The notes: generated by a model from the sequence alone, not told the origin. A stretch of 64,000 nucleotides of DNA from an uncultured Desulfatitalea sp. (GCA_963668675.2 CAXXMB010000001.1:896001-960000), one strand, 5' to 3'; counted from the first letter of the stretch, positions 40,221 through 49,723 are shown. Made by a program: numbers and translations.

Positions 40221-41393
40221 ATGACTGTAGAGTCCATTCTCAGTGAAGCAATGGCAAAGCACCGTGCCGGCGATTTAGATGCCGCAGAGACGCTTTACAA
40301 CAACATTCTGGCCATCGATCCAGGTGACCCGGACGTCTTGAATCTGCTCGGCGTGCTCTCGCTGCAATGCGAACGATTGGAAGAGGCCGGCCGACTCATC
40401 CGCAAGGCCATCAACGTTGATTCGACAATAGCAGAGTACCACTACAATCTTGCCGAAGTCCTTCGCCACCAAGGCGATACAGATTCAGCCCAGAAGTGTT
40501 ACCGGCAGTCGCTTGAGCTCAACCCCCAATTGGAAATCGCAAAGGATCATCTCGCATCTCTCACCGAGAGCGCTCCAAGCGTTACAATGGCCGACGGTCA
40601 TCCGTTGAAGCGGTTTGAAGTGGTGCAGGCGGTGATCGATCGAATCAAAGCGAAAACTTATCTGGAGATCGGCATCGATTCCGGCGAATCTTTCGTCAAC
40701 ATCAGCGCTGAAAGGAAATATGGCGTTGATCCGGTTGCAACCAACGATTTGATCAATCGATTGCTCAAGAATGCTGGCATCAGCTTCTTCAAATATGAAT
40801 CTGTCGGGGCCAACGGCGCCATACAGATCGGATTGAATGCCACTAACACCCTTCCGGGCGATATGCCTTCGAATGAAAGTTCCGAGTTCTATTACGAAAC
40901 GTCGGATCTCTTTTTTGCCCAACACGCGCCTCTGCTCTTTAAGGACACGCCGGTCGACGTGGCCTTTGTAGATGGACTGCACACCTATCAACAGACCTAC
41001 CTGGACGTTGCCAATGTGCTCGATTTGATATCCGAAGACGGCGTCATTCTGATGCATGACTGTAACCCACCCACCGAAGCATCTGCCTTTCCGGCACCCT
41101 CTTGGGAAGAGGCATCAAAGATGCAAATCCCCGGATGGGACGGCCGGTGGTGCGGCGACGTATGGAAGTCGATCGTGCGGCTCAGGGCCACCCGCAGTGA
41201 TCTGAGAGTATTCGTGCTCGATTGCGATTTCGGTATCGGCGTCGTCTACAAAGGCCAGCCCGAAGGCACACTCGACATTTCAATACCGGATATAGAAAAC
41301 CTGACCTATGCGGATCTTCAGAAAGACAGGGAGGGGATACTCAACCTCAAACCACAGGACTACCTGTACGAGTTTTTGCGAACGAAATGTTAA
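40221..41393 (+). CDS. TPR + class I SAM methyltransferase (Methyltransf_24-like)
   Basis: Three TPRs; YLEIG, FVDGLHTY, MHDCNP, WCGDVWK. Confidence 0.82.
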   Translation: MTVESILSEAMAKHRAGDLDAAETLYNNILAIDPGDPDVLNLLGVLSLQCERLEEAGRLIRKAINVDSTIAEYHYNLAEVLRHQGDTDSAQKCYRQSLELNPQLEIAKDHLASLTESAPSVTMADGHPLKRFEVVQAVIDRIKAKTYLEIGIDSGESFVNISAERKYGVDPVATNDLINRLLKNAGISFFKYESVGANGAIQIGLNATNTLPGDMPSNESSEFYYETSDLFFAQHAPLLFKDTPVDVAFVDGLHTYQQTYLDVANVLDLISEDGVILMHDCNPPTEASAFPAPSWEEASKMQIPGWDGRWCGDVWKSIVRLRATRSDLRVFVLDCDFGIGVVYKGQPEGTLDISIPDIENLTYADLQKDREGILNLKPQDYLYEFLRTKC

Positions 41394-41479
41394 CCGATGT
41401 GCCACTCCAAGGTTGAAGGAGCAGGCGCATCCTGTCATCGAATTGACGGGTCTGAACTGCATCAGAGAAGGACGACGGC

Positions 41480-42217
41480 ATGCTGAAGCTGATCTATCGC
41501 ATCTGCGATCACCGCAATGGCGGCACAAAAATACCCCAAATCAACAAGCGCCAATGCTTTTTGAACTTTGTCGAGGTGTTCGGTACAGACAACCTGATGG
41601 TCATCGCTGACAACACCCGCCAGGAGACCATCGACTTTTTGAGTCGCTTCACCAGCTCGATTGAATGCACCTCCCTGGGCAATGCCGCCAGCTTCGTTCG
41701 AGCCTTGGATATCGCCGTTCGGTTCGATGACGATCAGCCGGTCTACCTGGTGGAGGATGACTACATCCATGCACTCAAGGGGCCCCAATATATCGCCGAA
41801 GGGCTTAATCGAGCCGACTATGTCAGTCTCTACGACCATGCCGACAAGTATATGGATAACAGCCCCAATCCGCTTGTATCAGGGGGTGGAGAGAACACCA
41901 AGGTCATCCTGACACCTTCGACCCATTGGAAGTACACCAACTCGACCACCATGACTTTTGCAGCCCGGGCGAAAACGCTCAAGTCGGATCAGCAGGTCTT
42001 TCGTCACTACTGCTCGGGATCGACGCCTCTCGATTACTTCATCTTCCGCAAAATCGCTGAAAGCGGTAGGACACTCATCACGCCGATTCCGGGCCGATCA
42101 ACCCATTGCGATGAATATCCTTCTCCCTTTATTTTTGACGTGCCCTTGCCCTTCAAGCAGTTGAACCCGCAGGAGCGTGGTCACACCCAGGCGCAACGCC
42201 TGCATAACAGTGCCTGA
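41480..42217 (+). CDS. Putative GT-A fold glycosyltransferase
   Basis: YLVEDDYIH DxD-like motif; located in the GT operon. Confidence 0.6.
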   Translation: MLKLIYRICDHRNGGTKIPQINKRQCFLNFVEVFGTDNLMVIADNTRQETIDFLSRFTSSIECTSLGNAASFVRALDIAVRFDDDQPVYLVEDDYIHALKGPQYIAEGLNRADYVSLYDHADKYMDNSPNPLVSGGGENTKVILTPSTHWKYTNSTTMTFAARAKTLKSDQQVFRHYCSGSTPLDYFIFRKIAESGRTLITPIPGRSTHCDEYPSPFIFDVPLPFKQLNPQERGHTQAQRLHNSA

Positions 42218-42240
42218 AACGGACATTTAAAGGAGCTGCA

Positions 42241-43038
42241 ATGATACCGGTTGTCATCCCTTTCTATAAAAACAAAACGCAGCTGGACAAATGTCTTCTC
42301 CACCTACGCCAGCAAACCATGCCCATCGAAGTGTTCATTCGGGACAACTCCGAGGACAATATCTACTTTACGGCCGCCATCAATGAAGGCATTCGCCATT
42401 TTCTCAACCATCCGTCCAATTATATGCTGCTCCTCAACCAGGACATGTACCTTGAACCCACGGCAGTAGAAGAGATGGTCAGCTTCATGAATCGCAATCC
42501 GCGCTGTGGCATCGGCGCACCACTCCAGATACACCCCAAGCAGAACGACTATGTGATCTGGGCAGGATGTTTCGACGCCTTCCCCCTGGGAAAACATCTC
42601 CACGGACCACTCCACCAGTTCAAGAGCGACGAACCGGTCTACTGGGCCAACGGCGCCTGCATGATCGTGCGTAAGGAGATGGTCCAAGAGATCGGCCTGA
42701 TGGACAAGAACCTGGTGTTCATCGGCAGTGACAGCGACTACTCGTTCATGGCCAGAAGCAGGGGGTGGGAAATTTGGCGCATCGCAACGGCCAGCGGGGT
42801 TCACGACCACGGCGCCTCGGGCAATAGCGGCAACCCTCACATCGAACTTCTCAAAATCAAGGACATGCTCTATTTCAGCAAGAAGTGGCTCACCGGGGAC
42901 CTATACAAGATGATGGCTTATGAAGGCAAAGCGCTGACGCCCGAAGCGATCGGATCGTTTATCCGCCAACTGGAGGGGGCCAAACAATCCGTTTCCAGGG
43001 AGATAGAACAGCGTGCCGCACATAAGATAGAGGCATAG
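42241..43038 (+). CDS. Glycosyltransferase family 2
   Basis: VVIPFY, LLNQD, WANGACM, SDSDYS. Confidence 0.82.
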   Translation: MIPVVIPFYKNKTQLDKCLLHLRQQTMPIEVFIRDNSEDNIYFTAAINEGIRHFLNHPSNYMLLLNQDMYLEPTAVEEMVSFMNRNPRCGIGAPLQIHPKQNDYVIWAGCFDAFPLGKHLHGPLHQFKSDEPVYWANGACMIVRKEMVQEIGLMDKNLVFIGSDSDYSFMARSRGWEIWRIATASGVHDHGASGNSGNPHIELLKIKDMLYFSKKWLTGDLYKMMAYEGKALTPEAIGSFIRQLEGAKQSVSREIEQRAAHKIEA

Positions 43039-43039
43039 C

Positions 43040-43879
43040 TCATCGCGTCGGTCGCAACTCCTTGAGCACTTCAAAAAGATCGGTGGGACTCATAGCATTG
43101 GCAGCGGCGATCGCTTTCAGGGTCAAACGCCCACTGGCCGATATTTTCTTGCTTTTCAAATACTGAATCGTCTTCTCCGTGTCGAGCTGGTATTGCGCGC
43201 AGAATTCGTCCAATGAAAGGCTGCCGGTGCCCGGTGCCGGTGTTTCGGGCATACGATTGACAGCGGCCTGCGTTTTCTCCGTTTGCAGTGCCGCCGGTTG
43301 GATCACCATGAAGATCTGCTGTGGGGCGATGCCGTTTCGCTTGGCAATTTCGGCCAGTGTGGCATCGGCAGACGCATCTCTATAGCCGGACTCTTCGAGA
43401 AGCATCAGACTGTTGGCGAGATCGAGGTTCATCTTGCCTGTAAAACTTTTCAAGGTGGAAAGCTCTGCATGTCCGTAAGGAGGTTCGCCGTATTTGGCGG
43501 AGGCCGTCTCCTTGAAGTGGTCGTTGAGGGCCATCACCCAGCTGAAGGGCGGAATCAGAAAGTAGCTGCCTATCGTGCATAGCACCGTGATCGCCAGCGC
43601 GATATTGAACTCTCGGGTAAAAAGCTTGAAACGGCGGGCCCTGTCCTTGAGATAGGCCATCAGTGGTTTCCAGTTGTAGTAGATGTGCAGCCCCAATGCG
43701 ATCAGAAAGAGAAAGCCGAGGTTGATATGGATATTGCCCCAATCGGTTTTGCTCAATCCCCACAGCCGCCAGTCGGCCCAGTAAGCGACCCTGCCCTGGG
43801 GAACGATGTAGAGAATGATGCTCGTCAGCACGACGAGCAGAAACGTAAGTGCCGCGGTCAATGAAGTAATTCTTCTCAT
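43040..43879 (-). CDS. DUF4405-like membrane protein with a C-terminal repeat domain
   Basis: PQGRVAYW, WGNIHI, LHIYYNWK His-bearing helices; PYGHAELSTL. Confidence 0.7.
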   Translation of the reverse strand: MRRITSLTAALTFLLVVLTSIILYIVPQGRVAYWADWRLWGLSKTDWGNIHINLGFLFLIALGLHIYYNWKPLMAYLKDRARRFKLFTREFNIALAITVLCTIGSYFLIPPFSWVMALNDHFKETASAKYGEPPYGHAELSTLKSFTGKMNLDLANSLMLLEESGYRDASADATLAEIAKRNGIAPQQIFMVIQPAALQTEKTQAAVNRMPETPAPGTGSLSLDEFCAQYQLDTEKTIQYLKSKKISASGRLTLKAIAAANAMSPTDLFEVLKELRPTR

Positions 43880-43903
43880 TCAGTCAAGTTCCTCTCGAAC
43901 GAT

Positions 43904-45994
43904 CTACCGACGTGTTGACCCGCCCACACTGGGAAACATCTCCAGATTGGTGTGCGGCAAAAAGAGTGCTGAAGTGAATTCGTCCATATAGCTCGGGTTG
44001 CTGGAGAAGTCGATGTAGGTCATCTGATTGCACACCTGGCTCGCCTCCAGTCGGTGCTTTCCGGACAACAGGGCCATATAGGCCCCCACAATCGAGCTGT
44101 TGCCAAGGTAGACGAATTTGCTTCGTTCGATATCCGGTAGCAGACCGATGCGGATCGCCTTTTCGATGTTGATGTATTGCCCGAATCCGCCCGTGATCAC
44201 CACTCTGTCCACCATGGCGAAATCGAGGCCGGCCACGCCCAGAAGGGTAGTAAATCCTGCATAGACAGCACCTTTGCTGTAGATCAGGTTTTTAATGTCT
44301 GATTCGGTAAAAACGATCTCCTCCCCCATGGGCGTCTCTTCTGCCGATGCGAGGACATAGCCCCATTCATCCTTGATGCGCCGGACAAATGCACTGTCCT
44401 CCTCAGCGACAAAGACGCCCCTACGGTCGATGATACCGGCCCGAAGCAGTTCGGACATCAAGTCGATCATGCCTGATCCGCAAATGCCGCGCGGGGGCGC
44501 ATCGCCCACAGTGACATATTGCGGTGGCTGGTCCGCATCCTCTATGGTGACCCGTTCGATGGCCCCCTCTTCCGCTCGCATGCCCCAACGGATGCCGCCC
44601 CCCTCGAATGCAGGTCCGGCACTGCAAGCGGCGGTCATGAGCCACTCCATGTTGCCCACAACGATTTCACCGTTGGTCCCCACATCGATAAAGAGGGTCA
44701 ACGGCGCTTCGCGATGAAAACCGGCATACAGCAGACCGGATACGATATCGCCCCCCACATAGCTGGCAGGCCCCGGCATCACGAAGACCGCGGCCACGGG
44801 GTTGGCATTCAGGCCGATCTCTCCGGCTTTTAGAATGGGGAATTCCGTGATGGTGGGAATGTAGGGCTCTCTGCGAATGTAGCGAGGCTCGATCTTCAAG
44901 AGCAGGTGGGACATGGTGGTATTACCCGAAATCACAACGTTCTTGATCCTGTCCGCGTCGGTCCCGGCGGCGTCCAGGACCTCCTCGATCAAACCATTGA
45001 TCGTGGACAGCGCCATTCGACTCAACTTCTTTACCCCGTCTTTTTCTGCACAGATGATACGGTTGATGACATCATCTCCGCAGGTGGCCTGTCGGTTATG
45101 GCCCGATGCGGCGGCAAGGATGGCGCCGTCGGACATGTCCACCAGGTAGGCCACAATCGTTGTGGTGCCCACATCGATGGCCAGGCCCAGCGGCGAACCG
45201 GCTGTGCCGCCCGGGCGTACCTCGAGAATCTCATTGGCGCATTTTTGTCGGATCACTGAGACCGTGACCCGCCAATTGTCCTGGCGAACAGCCTCCGAAA
45301 GCTGTCGGATGACCGGCATGCCCACATTAAGACAATCGATATCACACCCTTCTGCTTTAAGCCCACGTCGCAAGCGGTCCAGATCGCTCACCGAATCGTC
45401 GAGGGTGGGAGGCGTCAGATTCACATGAAACTCCTGAAGCATGGGCTCGATGGTCGTTACCAGGCCCTTGAGTTTGGCGGTCGCCTCCTCCCCTTGCCCT
45501 GCCACCTTGAGTCGTTGCTGGATCGACTCTTCGGGTATCCGAACGACCGTATCCGAGGTCAGCTTGGTCTGGCAGGCGAGCACATACCCCTTGGCCTTCT
45601 CTTGGTCGCTGAGCAGTGGTGTCGGAGAGGTTTCCGGACTGCCCGACTCGACCACCAATTTGCATTTTCCACAGGCCCCCTTTCCGTTGCACGAGGCGTT
45701 GATGTGCACGCCGGCTTCATTGGCCGCATCCAACAGTGTGCTGTTGGCAGCGACGGTCACGGACCTGTTCTCCGCCTGAAACGTGACTTCGAATGTTTCG
45801 GCCCTCTCCTCCTTAGCCTCTTCAGCTTCCCACCCCTCTTTTCGTTTGCTCATGAACCATATTGGACATGATGAACGGTATTTGCAGTAAAGCTCAGGAT
45901 CTTGGCAGGTGAGACACCCTTCGCACAGGTAGGTGTTGTATTTCATGCAGAGAAAGCTGGTTTCGATCTCCGGATGACAAGAACATTGGCCCAT
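43904..45994 (-). CDS. ASKHA ATPase with a [2Fe-2S] domain (RACE/RACo/DUF4445 reductive activator) and an extra Cys-rich N-terminus
   Basis: CNGKGACGKC...LACQ; IDVGTTT; YVGGDI; IDVGTNGE; SAGPAFEG; GICGSG; ATG at 45994 follows GAGGGAG. Confidence 0.9.
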   Translation of the reverse strand: MGQCSCHPEIETSFLCMKYNTYLCEGCLTCQDPELYCKYRSSCPIWFMSKRKEGWEAEEAKEERAETFEVTFQAENRSVTVAANSTLLDAANEAGVHINASCNGKGACGKCKLVVESGSPETSPTPLLSDQEKAKGYVLACQTKLTSDTVVRIPEESIQQRLKVAGQGEEATAKLKGLVTTIEPMLQEFHVNLTPPTLDDSVSDLDRLRRGLKAEGCDIDCLNVGMPVIRQLSEAVRQDNWRVTVSVIRQKCANEILEVRPGGTAGSPLGLAIDVGTTTIVAYLVDMSDGAILAAASGHNRQATCGDDVINRIICAEKDGVKKLSRMALSTINGLIEEVLDAAGTDADRIKNVVISGNTTMSHLLLKIEPRYIRREPYIPTITEFPILKAGEIGLNANPVAAVFVMPGPASYVGGDIVSGLLYAGFHREAPLTLFIDVGTNGEIVVGNMEWLMTAACSAGPAFEGGGIRWGMRAEEGAIERVTIEDADQPPQYVTVGDAPPRGICGSGMIDLMSELLRAGIIDRRGVFVAEEDSAFVRRIKDEWGYVLASAEETPMGEEIVFTESDIKNLIYSKGAVYAGFTTLLGVAGLDFAMVDRVVITGGFGQYINIEKAIRIGLLPDIERSKFVYLGNSSIVGAYMALLSGKHRLEASQVCNQMTYIDFSSNPSYMDEFTSALFLPHTNLEMFPSVGGSTRR

Positions 45995-46100
45995 TATGTC
46001 ACTCCCTCTATGGGTGCGGCGGTCGCGCCGTATCAAACAGATCGTAGCGCCCCTCTTCGGTCTTCATAAAATTAACCGCATGAAGAGGCTTGCATGCATC

Positions 46101-46583
46101 TCAATCAAGCGGCAGCGCCTCGATAGCTGCCCTGAGATCGGCTTCATCCTGTGCATCCGGATGGCCGACAGCACCGTCCGCATCTTTAATCCACGGCGGT
46201 GGAGGGCTCTTTTTGCTCACCTTTTCAAGCACCTTTGGATTCACTTCTCCCTGGCAACTGAATTGCCCAATGAAGCTGGCCGAAGGCGCCAGGGATTTGG
46301 CATGTGCGAGCGCATCGTGGGCATGCTTGGAATTTGCCGCGGCGCCATGCGTGGCGAACAGGAAAAGCCGCGCCTTTCCTACTTTGGCGAGATATTCAGC
46401 CGTTTTGGGGTCGGGTTTGCCACCCTGAAGCCAGAAACCGAGAAACAGGACTTCGTCTTCACCCGGTTTAGGAGCCTCCTCTATTGGGAGCATGTTTTTT
46501 TCCATGGAGAGGCTTTCATAAATGGATTGAGCCAATTTGCGTGTGTTGCCGCTTTGACTTGAATAGACAATTAGTGCCTTCAT
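46101..46583 (-). CDS. Flavodoxin family protein
   Basis: YSSQSGNTRKLA FMN loop; GFW; FATHG; GHPD. Confidence 0.85.
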   Translation of the reverse strand: MKALIVYSSQSGNTRKLAQSIYESLSMEKNMLPIEEAPKPGEDEVLFLGFWLQGGKPDPKTAEYLAKVGKARLFLFATHGAAANSKHAHDALAHAKSLAPSASFIGQFSCQGEVNPKVLEKVSKKSPPPPWIKDADGAVGHPDAQDEADLRAAIEALPLD

Positions 46584-46616
46584 CTTTTCTGCTCCTGCTC
46601 TAAAATTTTAAGTATC

Positions 46617-46662
46617 GTGCTTTCGCAAAAGTCCTAAAAGTACTTTTTCCGCTATAGCATCA
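46617..46662. repeat. Collapsed copy of the palindromic element (termini only)
   Basis: TCGCAAAAGTCCTAAAAGT...ACTTTTT...CATCA resembles the two ends of 25652-25786. Confidence 0.45.
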
Positions 46663-46670
46663 ACAGCTTT

Positions 46671-46690
46671 CAGCAGCAGACCGCTGCCTG
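46671..46690 (-). promoter_or_regulatory. Putative bacterial SECIS element
   Basis: Minus strand CAGGCAGC-GGTCT-GCTGCTG hairpin; GGTCTG starts 18 nt after the TGA. Confidence 0.65.
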
Positions 46691-46694
46691 TAGA

Positions 46695-46898
46695 TTACGC
46701 TCATGAAAAAGGTGAATTCCCGGCTGGCTTGCAAAATCCGCTCTTTGCCCCGTCAAACGCGCTAACGCAACTGATCAGCTTGCTGACCTCAGCGCTACCG
46801 CATTTGGGACAGCTGATCTCTTCTTTGTTTTCAGCAGATAGGATCAGTTTCTCAAAGCAGTGTTGACACGATTTGCATTGAAACTCGAATATGGGCAT
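46695..46898 (-). CDS. FmdB-family zinc-ribbon protein, probably a selenoprotein ending ...PFS-Sec-A
   Basis: MPIFEFQCKSC...CPKCGS; TGA-GCG-TAA followed by a SECIS-like hairpin. Ends at 46701 if TGA is a true stop. Confidence 0.8.
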
Positions 46899-46945
46899 GT
46901 GGACCTCCTCTATTATTGTAGCGATCTATCGTCTTCCGTCACTTC

Positions 46946-46961
46946 TGCATGGCCTGTGCCA
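46946..46961 (-). promoter_or_regulatory. sigma54 promoter for the zinc-ribbon/flavodoxin/RACE/DUF4405 operon
   Basis: Minus strand TGGCACAGGCCATGCA. Confidence 0.8.
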
Positions 46962-47058
46962 CACCTCTTTAAATAATATCTTTCTTTATCTTTTCAATAT
47001 GTTTAGGCTCTCTTGATGTCACTTTGTCCCGTCTCAATCCAATGGTTGAAACACGGAC

Positions 47059-47075
47059 TGTTAATTAAGTGAACA
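47059..47075. promoter_or_regulatory. Putative enhancer (UAS) site
   Basis: TGTTAATTAAGTGAACA, same dyad pattern as the sites at 49684 and 49707. Confidence 0.55.
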
Positions 47076-48075
47076 CCTTATGTCCATCTGTTCGAATGGC
47101 CGATATGATGAAGCCGACTCTCTGGGCGAAGATGGCCAGAGAGATCACCTGGATGACATATGCGATAATTAAGCAGACCATCATCGGCGCGGCCTGCTCG
47201 AGTGAAAACGTCGACATGACCAGCGCCATGCAGATATTGATATGCCGTGCAACCGAAGTGTAGACCAGCACGACTGATTTGTCACCTGGCACCACTCCTC
47301 TTTTGGCCAGTCGCATCGACCAGAGGCCGCTCACGAAATAGAGCGCTGCATAGTAAAGGAGCACGGGAAGAGCGATGGCCAGGAGCAGCGAGGTGTTTTC
47401 GAACAGCATTTTATTGCGCGGCAGGGACATGGCCATAAAAATCAACCCCAGAACGCCCAGCGCACTGACGCTGCTCAACACCGGTTTGACGCGCTGCATG
47501 AAAAATGCGTTCCCTTTTCGGCGAACAATCGCTTTTCGGGTAAAGTCCCCTAAAATGAGTGGCACAAAGAAGACGATGGCCAGATTGAGGATGATCGCGG
47601 TCGTCTTGATCTGCATGGCGCTTCCCACCAAAACCGGATAGAAGAAAGGAAGTGCGATCAACGCTGCAAAGACAATGTTGATAGGGATCAGATAGAGGGC
47701 TGTGGCTGTACTGCCTTTCGAAAACGAAGTCCACGCCACACTCATGGCACTGGTCGGAACAAGGGAGAGCAGCAACAGGGCGGCAACCGTCTCAGGGTAA
47801 GCCATGAGGAACAGTTTAGCCAGTCCATAGGCAATGGCCGGAGAAACGATAAAATTGATGGTCAGGCTGCAAAACAGCGGCCGGGGTTCCTTGAAATGCT
47901 TCAACACCTCGATGATGCGGGAGTTGATCAGCACTGGAAAAATCACCAGCAGGACAACATAACCGATGAGAACTGTTCTGGGCACCACAAAACCGCCGGT
48001 AATATGAATATTGGCTATGGCCAATATAATCGTTAAGACCATGTAGATGTGAAGGTTTTCCTTGATGTGCTTCAT
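47065..48075 (-). CDS. Acr3/bile acid:Na+ symporter (BART) family transporter
   Basis: About ten TM helices; INFIVSP, VPTSAMSVAWT, VARHINI; ATG at 48075 follows GAGGAAGG. Confidence 0.78.
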   Translation of the reverse strand: MKHIKENLHIYMVLTIILAIANIHITGGFVVPRTVLIGYVVLLVIFPVLINSRIIEVLKHFKEPRPLFCSLTINFIVSPAIAYGLAKLFLMAYPETVAALLLLSLVPTSAMSVAWTSFSKGSTATALYLIPINIVFAALIALPFFYPVLVGSAMQIKTTAIILNLAIVFFVPLILGDFTRKAIVRRKGNAFFMQRVKPVLSSVSALGVLGLIFMAMSLPRNKMLFENTSLLLAIALPVLLYYAALYFVSGLWSMRLAKRGVVPGDKSVVLVYTSVARHINICMALVMSTFSLEQAAPMMVCLIIAYVIQVISLAIFAQRVGFIISAIRTDGHKVFT

Positions 48076-48118
48076 GCACCTTCCTTCCTCGAGCATGAAC
48101 GGCAAAAATCTTACCACT

Positions 48119-48191
48119 TCTCCTTCCATCCCTGTTGCAGGGCCTTCGGGGGCTCCCCCTCAGGCCCATGCAACCGGGAGTGGAACGGAGA
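48119..48191 (-). ncRNA. Candidate structured leader RNA (73-nt bulged rod)
   Basis: Six short helices pair end to end between a sigma54 promoter and the transporter start. Confidence 0.45.
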
Positions 48192-48219
48192 TATAGCTGC
48201 CAAGCTGAGATGAAGCTTT

Positions 48220-48235
48220 TGCACAATATGTGCCG
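48220..48235 (-). promoter_or_regulatory. sigma54 promoter
   Basis: Minus strand CGGCACATATTGTGCA (GG-N10-GC). Confidence 0.6.
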
Positions 48236-48288
48236 GAAAAAACAATGCAATGTTTTTCAGAATCCGTTGCCGTTGAGATAAACGCGTG

Positions 48289-49683
48289 TCACGGTTTTTG
48301 AAAATCATTCGGCCGCATGCCAAAGCGCTTCATCTGCTGCCATACGCTGGTGCGTGAAATGCCCAACATCCTCGCGGCTTCCGATTGATTGCCTCGGCTC
48401 TGCAGCAGAGCGTTCTGCAGGCTTTGCTTTTTGGTCTCTTCGAGCGTCAGCGCGGAGGCGATGATTGGGCCGCTGGTGCGCCGCTCACCCGTCAGGATAT
48501 GGGCGGGAAAATTATCGGGGCGAATCATCGTATCCTGGCATGATACAAATGCGAATTCGAAAGCGCTCTTCAGCTCGCGCACATTGCCGGGCCACCGATA
48601 GTGGGTCAGCACATCGAGTGCTTCGTTGGAGATGCCTTCGATACGCTTGCCGCTTTTGAGTTGAATGCGATGGAAGAAAGCGCTGGCAAGCAATGCAATA
48701 TCTCCGCTTCGCTCTCGCAGCGGGGGCACATGGATTGGAATCACGTTGATCCGGTAGAAGAAGTCTTCACGAAACTGCCCTTGATCGATCAGTGACTGCA
48801 AATCACGGTTCGTCGCAGAGATGATGCGCACATCCACCCGGATGGGCCGATGATCGCCAACGCGCTCGACCACCTTCTCCTCGAGGACTCTCAACAGTTT
48901 TACCTGTGTGGAGAGGGGTAAGTCACCGATTTCGTCAAGAAAAATACTGCCCCGATCGGCCGCTTCGAAACGTCCTTCACGGCTGCGATGCGCGCCGGTG
49001 AACGCCCCCTTTACATGGCCGAAAAGCTCACTCTCCAGCAACGATTCATTTAGGGCGGCGCAATTTACCTTTATATATGGCTGTTTTTCCCGCAACCCTG
49101 TTTTATGAATCGCCCTGGCTACCAGCTCCTTGCCGGTACCGCTCTCGCCATAGACAATGACGGGGGCGTCCGATTGGGCCGCATTGGAGATCAGTTCGAA
49201 CACCTTCTGCATAGGGGCCGACATGCCGATCATCCCATGAAAGCGCTCCTCCTCATCAAGCTGCCTGCGGTATGTTTCGATCTGAGCCTCTTTCTCCATC
49301 AGGTCAGTCACATCGGTGATCGTCTCCACAGCCCCCGTGATATTGCCGGCCTCATCCTTTAGTACCGATGCATTCTTGAGGATGTGCACCGGCCGGCCAT
49401 CCTTGCGAATCAGCACGCATTTCTGCTTTTTAAGATTCCCCTTCTGAAACATGACGCACCAGTGGCAGCCATCGGACTTGCGGGCCAATTCGCAGGCACT
49501 GCAGTTGAGCATGGCACAAGAGTTGCCCAAAATCTCTTCCCGCCGGTAACCGGTAATCTCTTCAAATCCGCGGTTGACCGAAACAATAGTCCCGTCTGGA
49601 CTGACGATCATGACACCGTCCTGGATGGTATCGACCACGGCTTTCCAATAATCGTTCAAGATATTCGTTTTCATTGTCCACAC
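48289..49683 (-). CDS. PAS-domain sigma54-dependent activator
   Basis: PAS with a Cys cluster; [17 protein letters not shown]; start may be the ATG at 49674. Confidence 0.92.
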   Translation of the reverse strand: MWTMKTNILNDYWKAVVDTIQDGVMIVSPDGTIVSVNRGFEEITGYRREEILGNSCAMLNCSACELARKSDGCHWCVMFQKGNLKKQKCVLIRKDGRPVHILKNASVLKDEAGNITGAVETITDVTDLMEKEAQIETYRRQLDEEERFHGMIGMSAPMQKVFELISNAAQSDAPVIVYGESGTGKELVARAIHKTGLREKQPYIKVNCAALNESLLESELFGHVKGAFTGAHRSREGRFEAADRGSIFLDEIGDLPLSTQVKLLRVLEEKVVERVGDHRPIRVDVRIISATNRDLQSLIDQGQFREDFFYRINVIPIHVPPLRERSGDIALLASAFFHRIQLKSGKRIEGISNEALDVLTHYRWPGNVRELKSAFEFAFVSCQDTMIRPDNFPAHILTGERRTSGPIIASALTLEETKKQSLQNALLQSRGNQSEAARMLGISRTSVWQQMKRFGMRPNDFQKP

Positions 49684-49723
49684 TGTTCAATAAGTTAACA
49701 CCAGATTGTCCACATACTTAACA
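49684..49723. promoter_or_regulatory. Tandem enhancer (UAS) sites
   Basis: TGTTCAATAAGTTAACA (49684-49700) and TGTCCACATACTTAACA (49707-49723). Confidence 0.6.

Noticed and set aside
48160..48162. TGA in frame with the transporter as a selenocysteine codon
   Set aside because: No in-frame start between the promoter and the TGA, and no SECIS loop at the expected distance
48140..48165. Hammerhead ribozyme core (CUGA...GAA)
   Set aside because: It lacks CUGANGA and GAAA and has no three-way junction
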